Positions 47,500 to 56,807 of a stretch of DNA of 64,000 nt are shown in pieces (positions within the stretch are counted from its first letter, which is position 1; every line of letters begins with the position of its first letter). Source of the DNA: Candidatus Hermodarchaeota archaeon. GTDB taxonomy: Archaea; Asgardarchaeota; Lokiarchaeia; Sigyniarchaeales; SOKP01. The stretch lies in the NCBI GenBank assembly GCA_048885705.1, contig JBHLLJ010000001.1, positions 8,544-72,543 of the forward strand. Direction: 5' to 3'. The notes beneath the pieces are model-generated. The model was not told the origin of the DNA. It did not search any database and saw nothing but the letters and a program-made list of their open reading frames with translations. The position numbers and the translations under genes were made by a program.

Positions 47500-48156
47500 T
47501 TATTTTTTTAATTCTCTTTGTAATTTTTCCCAATCTTTTAGAAATGCCTCTAAGCCTTGATCAGTATTAGGGTGTTTGAACATTTTTTCAAGTACATCGA
47601 ACGGAATTGTAGCAATATGTGCTCCGATTTTAGCAGCTTCAATAACATGTCTAGTATTTCTCACAGAAGCAACTATTAGTTCAGAATTGAAATCGTATGC
47701 ATTTAAAATATCCATAGATTCCCAAAGAAAATCTATTTCATTTTGACCATTATCCATTAACCTTCCTATAAAAGGACTTATATATGAAGCTCCAGCTTTT
47801 GCTGCGATCAAGACTTGATTTTGTGAAAAAACAAGAGTGACGTTTGTTTTTATTCCTTCAGCTTCAAGTATTTTTACGGCTTTAATACCATCCTTAGTAA
47901 AAGGGATCTTTATTATTATATTCGGTGCAATTTTTGCTAATTCACGTGCTTCTTTAACCATTTCTTGTGCAGTTAACCCGATAACTTCTCCACTTACAGG
48001 TCCATCAACAATTTCACAGATTTTTTTCAATTGTTCCGTCGGATCAGCCCCTTCTTTCGCCAAAAGTGTAGGATTAGTAGTTACCCCATCGATTATTCCC
48101 AGTTCCTGCATTTCTTTAATTTGTGCTAAATTAGCAGTATCTATAAAAAATTTTAT
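47500..48156 (-). CDS. tal: transaldolase (short TalC/FSA-type)
   Basis: The track starts at an internal Met (48111). The frame is open to 48162 and encodes [31 protein letters not shown]..., collinear with the MKFF(I/L)DTAN N-termini of short transaldolases. The Schiff-base Lys context is [10 protein letters not shown], and SPFIGR is also present. I propose the ATA at 48156-48154 as the start, preceded by GGTGA. Confidence 0.8.
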   Translation of the reverse strand: MKFFIDTANLAQIKEMQELGIIDGVTTNPTLLAKEGADPTEQLKKICEIVDGPVSGEVIGLTAQEMVKEARELAKIAPNIIIKIPFTKDGIKAVKILEAEGIKTNVTLVFSQNQVLIAAKAGASYISPFIGRLMDNGQNEIDFLWESMDILNAYDFNSELIVASVRNTRHVIEAAKIGAHIATIPFDVLEKMFKHPNTDQGLEAFLKDWEKLQRELKK

Positions 48157-48162
48157 ATTTTT

Positions 48163-48167
48163 TCACC
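48163..48167 (-). promoter_or_regulatory. Shine-Dalgarno GGTGA, 6 nt upstream of the ATA codon at 48156
   Basis: The minus strand reads ...taatGGTGAaaaaatATAaaatttttt.... Confidence 0.45.
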
Positions 48168-48199
48168 ATTATATTTGATGATTATATTAATTATTTGTT

Positions 48200-48748
48200 T
48201 TATATATTTATAGCAAATTCTTTTAAATTTTTAAATATCATGTCTGGTATCATAGAGCTAATATTTTTTTGTTCCTCTTTTCCATAACCTGTTAAGACTA
48301 AAACAGTTTTACAATTTGCAGCTTTACCTGTTTGAATATCATTTAATGTATCTCCAACCATATATGATTTTGTTAAATCAATATTATATTTTGATTTAGC
48401 TTTTAAAATCATCGCAGGATTTGGTTTCCTACAATTACATGGACCTGTAAAGTCAGGATGATGAGGACAATAATAAATATCATCTAATTCAATTCCTTGT
48501 TTTTCCAATCTACTAATCATTTTATTATGAATTGTTTTAAGAGTTTCCTCTGTAAAAAAGCCCCTGGCAATACCTGCTTGATTGGTAATAATAATAAGTA
48601 AAAAACCTTTTTGTTTGAGGATTTTTAAAGCTTCAATTGAACCTTTAATAAATTTAAAGTTTTTTGGATTTGAGAGATAATTGACCTCCTTGTTAATTAC
48701 ACCATCTCGATCCAAGAAAACTGCTCTCTTTTTTTCACTCATATTCAT
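48200..48748 (-). CDS. gmhB: D-glycero-D-manno-heptose 1,7-bisphosphate phosphatase (HAD-IIIA)
   Basis: Contains AVFLDRDGVIN (motif I), IITNQAGIARG (motif II) and the Zn-binding insert YYCPHHPDFTGPCNCRKP, then GDTLNDI. The start is probably ATG 48748 or 48742, not the track start at 48793. Confidence 0.85.
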   Translation of the reverse strand: MNMSEKKRAVFLDRDGVINKEVNYLSNPKNFKFIKGSIEALKILKQKGFLLIIITNQAGIARGFFTEETLKTIHNKMISRLEKQGIELDDIYYCPHHPDFTGPCNCRKPNPAMILKAKSKYNIDLTKSYMVGDTLNDIQTGKAANCKTVLVLTGYGKEEQKNISSMIPDMIFKNLKEFAINI

Positions 48749-49370
48749 CTGAAAATTTAAGCATATTAATAATTTTATTTGGATCTTGAGCATTTAAAAT
48801 AGAACTTGAGCTTGTTAATATATCAGTTTTGAATAGTAGCTTCGCGTTTATTAAATTAACTCCACCATCAATATCAATAATAAAGTTATATTTACTCTTA
48901 TATTCAGCCAATTTATTTAATTTATCTATAGAATTAATTAAAAATTTTTGACCTGACCAGCCAGGATTTACACTCATTACTAAAATCATATCAATTTTTT
49001 TAAGATATGGTATAATTTCCTTAATATTCGTCCCTGGATTTATTGCGATACCAACTTTTTTATTGTATTTCTTTACTTCTTTTATAATTTTATCTTTATT
49101 ATTATCTATTTCAAAATGAAATAAGAAGATGTCAATATAATTAATAACATCTTTAATGTAACTAAATGGATCAACGACCATAAAATGGGCAATAATAGGA
49201 AAACTAAAAGCTTCATTTATCTTTTGAAAAACATCTAAATTTCTGCTTTCATTATTTACAAATATTCCATCCATGATATCTACATGAATGTAATCGAATC
49301 CTTCCAATCCTTTTAAAACATCCACAGTGAAGTTTTCTTTAGCATGAATTGAAATTGCGACTTTTTTCAT
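48735..49370 (-). CDS. rpe: ribulose-phosphate 3-epimerase-like
   Basis: Contains YIHVDIMDGIFVNN, AHFMV, FHFE, VMSVNPGWSGQKF and IDIDGGVN, which run collinear with Rpe. I prefer the Met at 49370 (MKKVAISIH...) to the track start at 49403. Confidence 0.75.
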   Translation of the reverse strand: MKKVAISIHAKENFTVDVLKGLEGFDYIHVDIMDGIFVNNESRNLDVFQKINEAFSFPIIAHFMVVDPFSYIKDVINYIDIFLFHFEIDNNKDKIIKEVKKYNKKVGIAINPGTNIKEIIPYLKKIDMILVMSVNPGWSGQKFLINSIDKLNKLAEYKSKYNFIIDIDGGVNLINAKLLFKTDILTSSSSILNAQDPNKIINMLKFSDEYE

Positions 49371-49380
49371 ATATAATCGA

Positions 49381-49947
49381 TTACTCAAAAAGTTCTTTCT
49401 CAACTAAATAACAAATAATATGTCCTACTGTAATATGTCCTTCTTGAATTCGTGGAGTATCTGTTGAGGGTATTTTTAAACAAAGATCAACTATTTCTTC
49501 TATTTTATTATGCTTTTGACCTGTAAAGCCTATCGTTATTGCCCCTTTCTCTTTAGCTTTCAGTAAACCTTTAATTACATTTGGTGAATTACCAGAAGTG
49601 CTAATTCCAATGACTATATCTCCGTTCTCAACAAATGAAGATACTTGTCTCTCAAATACTAAGTCATAACCAAAGTCATTAGCAGTTGCTGTAAGAACAG
49701 AAGTATTAGTATGAAACGCTAACGAGGGAAGTGAAGGTCGGTCTTTGTAAAATTTACCCACAAATTCTGCGGCTATATGTTGGGCATCCGCCGCACTTCC
49801 ACCATTACCAAACAGAATAACTTTCTTCTTTTTTTTGTAGGCATTAATAATTTTTTTGGAAATTTTTGCTACAATTGGTGCTAGGACCTTTATAGCTTCT
49901 TTTACTTTAATATTTTCGTTTAAAATCGAAATAATTTCATTTTCCAT
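49381..49947 (-). CDS. gmhA: sedoheptulose-7-phosphate isomerase (SIS domain)
   Basis: 188 aa. Contains LFGNGGSAADAQHIAAEFVGKF and LTATANDFGYDLVFERQV. Confidence 0.9.
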   Translation of the reverse strand: MENEIISILNENIKVKEAIKVLAPIVAKISKKIINAYKKKKKVILFGNGGSAADAQHIAAEFVGKFYKDRPSLPSLAFHTNTSVLTATANDFGYDLVFERQVSSFVENGDIVIGISTSGNSPNVIKGLLKAKEKGAITIGFTGQKHNKIEEIVDLCLKIPSTDTPRIQEGHITVGHIICYLVEKELFE

Positions 49948-49979
49948 ATTATTTTCTCTTTCTAAATGTTATATTAATT

Positions 49980-50990
49980 CTAATTTATTTTCCAAACTTC
50001 AAGTCCCTTAGGATTAAAATGAAAATTAACAATTACTCCACCTATTTTTTCCAACTCTTGAATTACGATACGTTTTTTATCAGGATCTGAAAAGAGTAAT
50101 AAATGCCCTCCACCTCCAGCACCTAATAATTTCCCCCCAAGAGTTCCGAACTTTCTTGAGGTAATATAAAAATTTTCAATATTTTTGTTAGATATTTTAT
50201 TACTTAAACTCTTTTTTGCTAACCAACCTTTATGTAAGAGTAGCCCAAATTCATTTAATTGATTTAAGTTGTTGGATTCTACAATTTTTTTCATAGAATG
50301 AGCAACATCTTTTAAATCTTGCATAACTTCGATGTAAGATTTTTTTTCAACTTTATAACCTTTTAATACTTCATCTTGTATATTTGAGGAGAAATGAGAG
50401 CCTCCTACATAACATAATATTAACCGAAATTGGAGTTCATTTATCATTTCTGGACTTGAAACAACAGGAGTAATTTTAACTTCATCAGAAAATTCAATAA
50501 AATTAAAACCCCCATAAACTGCAGCAAATTGATCTTGATATCCTCCTTTCTGCTTTAACTCAATCCGTTCAATATCATATGCTTTTTGAGCGATTTCGTA
50601 TTTAGAAAGTCCTAAATTATAATAGATATTTAAAGCACCAGTTAATGCTACAGATAAAGAAGATGATCCTCCCATTCCAGAACCAGCAGGAAGTTCTGAA
50701 TAGAAATTGATGTTAAACCCATCTTTCACATCTAAAACACTAAAAATTCCTTTGAACAATTCAAATTTGGTGGAATAATCTCTATCTCCAATTTCAAAAA
50801 TGAATTCTTCATTAAGATTATTTGAATAAATTCTCACTTGCTTATCAGATCTAGGCTTTAAAGTTATGTAAATATGACGATCTATTGTTGTGCTTATTAC
50901 ACAGCCTCCATGTTCAAGACAATATGGAGCCATATCTGTTCCTCCGCCTCCAAAACTAACTCTAAATGGTGCTTTTGAACGAATAATCAT
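49980..50990 (-). CDS. hddA: GHMP-family sugar kinase, D-glycero-alpha-D-manno-heptose-7-phosphate kinase-like
   Basis: 336 aa. Contains SKAPFRVSFGGGGTDMAPY, the GHMP motif LPAGSGMGGSSSLSVA, and GAGGGGHLLLF. Confidence 0.8.
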   Translation of the reverse strand: MIIRSKAPFRVSFGGGGTDMAPYCLEHGGCVISTTIDRHIYITLKPRSDKQVRIYSNNLNEEFIFEIGDRDYSTKFELFKGIFSVLDVKDGFNINFYSELPAGSGMGGSSSLSVALTGALNIYYNLGLSKYEIAQKAYDIERIELKQKGGYQDQFAAVYGGFNFIEFSDEVKITPVVSSPEMINELQFRLILCYVGGSHFSSNIQDEVLKGYKVEKKSYIEVMQDLKDVAHSMKKIVESNNLNQLNEFGLLLHKGWLAKKSLSNKISNKNIENFYITSRKFGTLGGKLLGAGGGGHLLLFSDPDKKRIVIQELEKIGGVIVNFHFNPKGLEVWKIN

Positions 50991-51206
50991 AGTCTTTTAT
51001 ATTAATTGAAAAATCTGTTATATCAATTTCATTCATGATATTTCGTTAAAAAATTTGATTATTATTTAATTTATAATTTATCAGTTTTCTATCTTCTTTA
51101 GATAGGGTATAAAATATACAAAATGTTTAGCATTTATGATATTCTTTAATTTCAATAAAACGTTATGAAAAATTAAAAAATCTAAAAATAGATATTAAAG
51201 TAGGTA

Positions 51207-52340
51207 ATGACAAAAAAAGTTTTAATTACTGGAGGAGCAGGTTTCATCGGTTCTCATTTAGTTGATCATTTAATCGAACAAAAAGGTTATCAAATTTCAA
51301 TTCTAGATATTTTAGAAGAACAAGTCCATGGAAAAACCGATAAACCTCCTTCTTACTTGAATGAAAATTCTGAATTTTTCCGAGGTTCTGTAACTGATTA
51401 TAATAAATTGGAGAAATTAGTAAAAGAAAATGAGATCATTGTCCATATGGCTGCTATTGTTGGTGTAGGGCAATCGATGTACCAAATAGAAAAATATGTT
51501 GATAATAATATCCATGGATTAGCGAATTTGTTTGATATCTTAGTAAATAGTGAACATAATGTTGAAAAAGTTATTATTGCTTCCTCTAATACGGTATATG
51601 GAGAAACCAAATCTCAATGTAATGAATGCGGAGTGGTTTTTCCAAAACTACGAACCATAGATCAATTAAATAATAAAGAGTGGGAACTTAATTGTCCCAA
51701 ATGTGGATCTAAAGTTAAACCGCTATTAACAGATGAAAATTCACCTTTAAATCCTAGCTCCGTCTATGCCTTTTCCAAACTAGCTCAAGAAAGATTAAGT
51801 CTTATGATTGGTAATACTTATGGAATTAATACAACAGTTTTAAGATTTTTCTTAGTTTATGGTACAAGACAAGCCCTTTCTAATCCATACACTGGAGTCT
51901 GTTCAATCTTTAGCAGTAGAGCACTTTATGGAAAACCTCCGATTGTTTTTGAGGATGGAAATCAAACACGAGATTTTATAAATGTAGATGATATTTGTCA
52001 AGCTTTAATTCTTGCTATAGAGAAAAATGCTGCAAATGGTGAAATCTTTAATGTGGGTACTGGGACTCCAATTAAAATAAAAGATGTAGCAGAAATTATT
52101 CTTAAAAAAATAAATCCAAAATTAAAGCCCCTCTATTCTCAACAATTTAGAATCGGTGATATCAGACATAGTGTCGCAGATATTTCTAAAATAAAAAATA
52201 AATTATGTTTTTCACCAAATGTTACATTTAAAGAAGGAATTAATGATTTAATAGAATGGGTCAAAATTCGAAAAAAAGATCTACAAGAACCATCACAAAA
52301 GGCTATACAAGAATTAAAAGAAAAAGGATTATTAAAGTAG
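51207..52340 (+). CDS. SDR-family NAD-dependent sugar epimerase/dehydratase with an inserted CxxC-x21-CxxC zinc ribbon
   Basis: 377 aa. Contains VLITGGAGFIGSHLVDHL, ASSNTVYGE and YAFSKLAQE. Between the Ser and Tyr-x3-Lys elements lies KSQCNECGVVFPKLRTIDQLNNKEWELNCPKCGSKVKP (about 51606-51722). Confidence 0.85.
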   Translation: MTKKVLITGGAGFIGSHLVDHLIEQKGYQISILDILEEQVHGKTDKPPSYLNENSEFFRGSVTDYNKLEKLVKENEIIVHMAAIVGVGQSMYQIEKYVDNNIHGLANLFDILVNSEHNVEKVIIASSNTVYGETKSQCNECGVVFPKLRTIDQLNNKEWELNCPKCGSKVKPLLTDENSPLNPSSVYAFSKLAQERLSLMIGNTYGINTTVLRFFLVYGTRQALSNPYTGVCSIFSSRALYGKPPIVFEDGNQTRDFINVDDICQALILAIEKNAANGEIFNVGTGTPIKIKDVAEIILKKINPKLKPLYSQQFRIGDIRHSVADISKIKNKLCFSPNVTFKEGINDLIEWVKIRKKDLQEPSQKAIQELKEKGLLK

Positions 52341-52372
52341 AATGTTTGAATTTAAAATATTAGGATTTTAAA

Positions 52373-53422
52373 ATGGAAAGAATACTCATAACGGGAGCAA
52401 ATGGTTTTTTAGGATCGCATCTAATTGATTTCTGTATTGAAAAAAATTATATGGTATATGGTATAGATAGACCGAATCAAACTTATAGGAATTTATCACA
52501 TTATACAAATCAAAAAATAAATTTCTCAGAAGAGGAAAAAGTAAGAATATTTAATGAAAATATTGAAATCCCAACTAATAATAAAAAATTAAAAATAATT
52601 GAATGCAATATAAAAAATTTTGAACTCCTAAAAAAAATAATAGCAGAAATTAAACCTAGGTTTTTATTTCATTTTGGAGCACAACCATTAGTATTACCTT
52701 CATGGAAAGATCCAGTAGATACTATAGAAACAAATGTAATAGGAACAATAAATGTATTTGAAGCAATTAAGAAGCATAAAATTCGTACTAGAGTTATAGT
52801 AGCTTGCACTAGTGCAGAATATGGAACAACAACTTCACTAAACAGACCATTAAAAGAATCAGATCCATTATTAGCCATACATCCTTACGGAATTAGTAAA
52901 GTGGCAACTGAATTACTTGCTCGTCAATATTTTATCAATTTTGGAATTGAAGTTATAAATCTTAGGTTTTTTAATCAAACAGGTCCTAGGAGAAGGGGGG
53001 ATGCAACTTCAGATTTTATCAAAAAAATAGCCCAGATTGAATTAGGTTTGTCAGAACCAGTAATTGAAGTTGGAAATCTTGAACCTTATAGAGATTATAC
53101 CGGGATTAAAGATTCAATTAAGGCAATCTGGTTAGCAGCAACAATGGGATCACCAGGAGAAACCTATAATATTTGTTCTAGTAAAAAGCTTCAGATTCGT
53201 CAAATTTTAGAGATCGCTCTAAGTTTTTCTGAAAAAAGGATTAAAGTAAAAGAAAATGTATCCCATAAATTAAGAAGAACTGATGAGGATATCATTCTCG
53301 GTGATAATACAAAGATTAAAAACGAATTAGGTTGGGATATTTCCACTCCTATAGAAGTAACTCTTAGAGATATGTTTGATTATTGGTTGGATTATTATAA
53401 AAAATATGGGTTTTCAGATTAA
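52373..53422 (+). CDS. SDR-family sugar-nucleotide dehydratase/reductase (GMD/Rmd-like)
   Basis: 349 aa. Contains ILITGANGFLGSHLIDF, ACTSAEYG and YGISKVATELLARQY. Confidence 0.85.
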   Translation: MERILITGANGFLGSHLIDFCIEKNYMVYGIDRPNQTYRNLSHYTNQKINFSEEEKVRIFNENIEIPTNNKKLKIIECNIKNFELLKKIIAEIKPRFLFHFGAQPLVLPSWKDPVDTIETNVIGTINVFEAIKKHKIRTRVIVACTSAEYGTTTSLNRPLKESDPLLAIHPYGISKVATELLARQYFINFGIEVINLRFFNQTGPRRRGDATSDFIKKIAQIELGLSEPVIEVGNLEPYRDYTGIKDSIKAIWLAATMGSPGETYNICSSKKLQIRQILEIALSFSEKRIKVKENVSHKLRRTDEDIILGDNTKIKNELGWDISTPIEVTLRDMFDYWLDYYKKYGFSD

Positions 53423-53435
53423 TAAAGAAAAAAAT

Positions 53436-56400
53436 TTATTTTCTCTTAAAGTTAAATTTGATTTTTTTGATTGTATCTTTTGTTATTTTAGCATCACAAT
53501 GTGGACATTTAATTTCAAGGCTTTTCTTTAACTTCTTAACTATGTTATCTTTTAAAGCTGCAGAGCAATTTCTATTTGAACATATATCCAAATAACCAAA
53601 AATTTTATTTTTTTCTTCAGAAATATCTTCGAGGACGATTTCTAAATTTTCAACATTTATTTTTTCTATAATTGTATTTTGATTTCTATCAAGAAAATCT
53701 TTTAAATATTCAGTTTCAGTTCCAATCTTCAATATTATTTTTTCTTCCACCTTGAATCCATGGTTCTTGCGGATAAATTGAATATTTCTTATCAAATCAT
53801 TTATTATTCTTTCAGATAATAATGTGTCATCGATCGATATATCTAAATATACGTTGCAATACCTAGATTCAGCTTTAATAAGGTTATCTGATGGTTTAAC
53901 TGATTTTACTATTTCTAATTCTTTTACATTTCCAATTTTCTTAATAATCTCAAGAAATTCTATTTTTGGCATATTTTCTTTTGCTTCTATAATGATTTTC
54001 TTATTTGGCCACCTTAACCTTATTCTATTTTCATCCTTTATTGCTCTAATCATCTCTATTAATTCTCTAGTGAAATACATCTGTTCTTCTAACGCTACGT
54101 TAATCCTTTTTTCATCATATTTAGGCCAATCTTGTAAATGAATGCTTTCTGTTTCTTCAAAACCAATAAATTTCAAATTTTTTTTAAACATTCTAAGAAA
54201 AATTTCTTCACTTATCATTGGATTAATTGGAGCTAATAATAATAAAACCTTATATAACACTCGATAAAGGACACTCATAATCAATAATTTATTAGGATCC
54301 TCTGAATATATATCGAGTTTTTCGCGATTTAGCATTATATACCATCTGCTTATATCATTTACTATTAAATCTCTTAGCTCCCCCGTAATCCAAGGAAGTT
54401 GATATTTATCTGATAATTCTGTTATCTTCTTGATCGTAGAATTCAATCTTGAAATTATCCAACTATCTAATTTACTTATCTTTTTTAAATCTAGTTTACT
54501 ACGTGAAGGATCAAATTCAGCCAAATTAAACTTTTCATTGGCATATACGTAGACATTCCAAATAGTATTAATAATTTTGTAGGTATCAGTGTATTCTTTA
54601 AGATTAAAATTGAAATCTCGCCCTGGTTGAGCTGCACCTATACAATAAAAACGAAATGTTTCAGCTCCTTTAATATTTGACAATGACCTTTTTTTTTGTA
54701 ATTCTGGAACTGTTCCCTCTATTAGATCTTCAGGATTTATTACTGTCCCTTTAGATTTACTCATTTTTGCTCTTTCCATTAAGACCCATCCATGCATATA
54801 GCAAGCATTGTAATTTTTACGACCTGAAGATACCATAGCACTATTTAATAAACTATTAAACCACCCTCTTATCTGGTCTTTTCCTTCTATTATAAAGTCT
54901 GCTGGAACCCATGTATCATAATGACTTTGACCATCGTATACCTCTTGGGCAGCCCACATTACCGAACCAGAATCCAACCATACATCTAAAATATCTGGTA
55001 TCCTCTTTTTGATTCCCTTGTTGCAAATTTTACATTTCCATGTTATTTTATCTATCCAAGGTCTATGTAAATCGTCAGGACATTCACCTGCAATCTCCTG
55101 TAATTCTTTTCCTGAGCCTATTACTGTAATATCTTCACATTCTTCATTATCACATATCCAAACACTTAAAGGGATGCCCCAAAAACGTTGACGTGATATA
55201 CACCAATCTTTTAATGTTGATAACCAACTAGTAAACCATCTTTTTCCTGCCCAATCAGGAATCCAGTATATCTCATTGTTTTTTTTAAGTAATTCAGGAA
55301 TTAAGCTTTCGGTTTTAAAAAACCATTGATTAGTTGCTCTGTAAACTAATTTTGAATCACATCTCCAACAATGTGCATACTCATGTTCGATTTCATTAGT
55401 TAATATCAGTGTACCCTTTTTCTTTAATAAATCTAAAATCTTCTTATTAGCATCAAAAACATTCATTCCCTCGAATTTTCCTGCTTCTTTTTTGTAAACA
55501 CCCCTGATACTCACTGGATTAAAAATTGGTATATTATTTGCTACTCCTACTTCAAAATCTTCAGGACCATGACCTGGTGCTGTATGTACTAATCCCACGC
55601 CCTCTGAGGCTGAGACATATTCTTCAGAAAGGATTATTGAATGAATTTTTTCACTTTTTTTTGCGAGTTCTATCTGATAGGGAACTTCTTCTAATAAAGG
55701 GTGTACATATTTTCTTCCTTCTAAATCTTCTCCGATGTAATCTTCTACTATCTTATATTTATAACCTAATTGCCCAGAAATTAAATGGGTTATTGAATTT
55801 TTTGATAAAATCCAATTCTCATTTAGATCTTCAATATGCACCTTAGCATATTCTGCTATTGGATTTGCCATTATTGCTGAATTTGCTACTAATGTCCAAG
55901 GTGTAGTAGTCCAAATAATGAAATATGTGTCATCACTGTCTTTTGATTTAATTTTCAAGAATAAACTTATGTCCTTAATATTTTTATATTCATGTTCATG
56001 TTTTGCTAAAGCAGTTGCACATCGAGGACAACAATTTAAAGGGCGATAAAACTTGTATAGTAAATTATTTTCCCAGGCTTTTTTTAAAGTCCACCAAATT
56101 CCCTCAATATAGCTGTTTTTAAAGGTAATATAGGGATTATCCCAATCCCAGAAATAGCATCCTAATCTTTTGAATTGGTCGTTCATTATTGCTAGATTTT
56201 TTAAAGCGAACTCTTTACAATTCTTAATGAAATTATCTATTCCATATTCTTGAATCTCTTGTTTATTTTTAATACCTAATTCCTTTTCCATTTGAACTTC
56301 GATTGGTAATCCGTGAGTATCATAACCAGGAGTATCAGTAACTTTATAACCTCTCATTCGTTTGTAATTTATTAAATAATCTTTTAAAATCTTATTCCAT

Positions 56401-56582
56401 GCAGTTCCAAGATGGATAGATCCAGTCGTGTAAGGAGGACCATCAATAAACCGCCATATTTGCTTGCGTTCTTCTTTTTTCCTAATTAGATTATAGATAT
56501 CTTTTTCTTTCCAAGAGAGTAAAATTTTTTCTTCTAGATCTTTTAAATTCAAATTCTTCTCTAATTCTTCCACGAAAACCAT
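53436..56582 (-). CDS. ileS: isoleucyl-tRNA synthetase (archaeal/eukaryotic type)
   Basis: 1048 aa. Contains PPYTTGSIHLGTAWNK (HIGH-type), KMSKSKG, editing-domain-length insertions and C-terminal Cys pairs (CSNRNC...CPHC). Confidence 0.95.
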   Translation of the reverse strand: MVFVEELEKNLNLKDLEEKILLSWKEKDIYNLIRKKEERKQIWRFIDGPPYTTGSIHLGTAWNKILKDYLINYKRMRGYKVTDTPGYDTHGLPIEVQMEKELGIKNKQEIQEYGIDNFIKNCKEFALKNLAIMNDQFKRLGCYFWDWDNPYITFKNSYIEGIWWTLKKAWENNLLYKFYRPLNCCPRCATALAKHEHEYKNIKDISLFLKIKSKDSDDTYFIIWTTTPWTLVANSAIMANPIAEYAKVHIEDLNENWILSKNSITHLISGQLGYKYKIVEDYIGEDLEGRKYVHPLLEEVPYQIELAKKSEKIHSIILSEEYVSASEGVGLVHTAPGHGPEDFEVGVANNIPIFNPVSIRGVYKKEAGKFEGMNVFDANKKILDLLKKKGTLILTNEIEHEYAHCWRCDSKLVYRATNQWFFKTESLIPELLKKNNEIYWIPDWAGKRWFTSWLSTLKDWCISRQRFWGIPLSVWICDNEECEDITVIGSGKELQEIAGECPDDLHRPWIDKITWKCKICNKGIKKRIPDILDVWLDSGSVMWAAQEVYDGQSHYDTWVPADFIIEGKDQIRGWFNSLLNSAMVSSGRKNYNACYMHGWVLMERAKMSKSKGTVINPEDLIEGTVPELQKKRSLSNIKGAETFRFYCIGAAQPGRDFNFNLKEYTDTYKIINTIWNVYVYANEKFNLAEFDPSRSKLDLKKISKLDSWIISRLNSTIKKITELSDKYQLPWITGELRDLIVNDISRWYIMLNREKLDIYSEDPNKLLIMSVLYRVLYKVLLLLAPINPMISEEIFLRMFKKNLKFIGFEETESIHLQDWPKYDEKRINVALEEQMYFTRELIEMIRAIKDENRIRLRWPNKKIIIEAKENMPKIEFLEIIKKIGNVKELEIVKSVKPSDNLIKAESRYCNVYLDISIDDTLLSERIINDLIRNIQFIRKNHGFKVEEKIILKIGTETEYLKDFLDRNQNTIIEKINVENLEIVLEDISEEKNKIFGYLDICSNRNCSAALKDNIVKKLKKSLEIKCPHCDAKITKDTIKKIKFNFKRK

Positions 56583-56807
56583 CCTAATGAAAATGTGAAT
56601 GTATATAATAAGAAGATCAAATTAAAAAATTTAATTAATTCATCAAAAAACTTATATATGGGTGTTTTAGATTTAAGAATAAAAGTAAAACATAGAATAG
56701 AAAGCTGTGTTTTTGAAATGGGTATTAATTCAAGTTAGAATTTCAATTTGCTAAATTTTTTTTAATTCATCTAAAATTATTTAAAAAAGCATATTTATAA
56801 CTCTTTT

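Noticed and set aside
48145-48169. Annotating the transaldolase as a frameshifted pseudogene starting at the ATG at 48169.
   Set aside because: This remains possible and is noted in the finding. I disfavour it because that ATG is part of the GGTGA SD-like element, and the in-frame ATA reproduces the canonical [10 protein letters not shown]-terminus without any indel.
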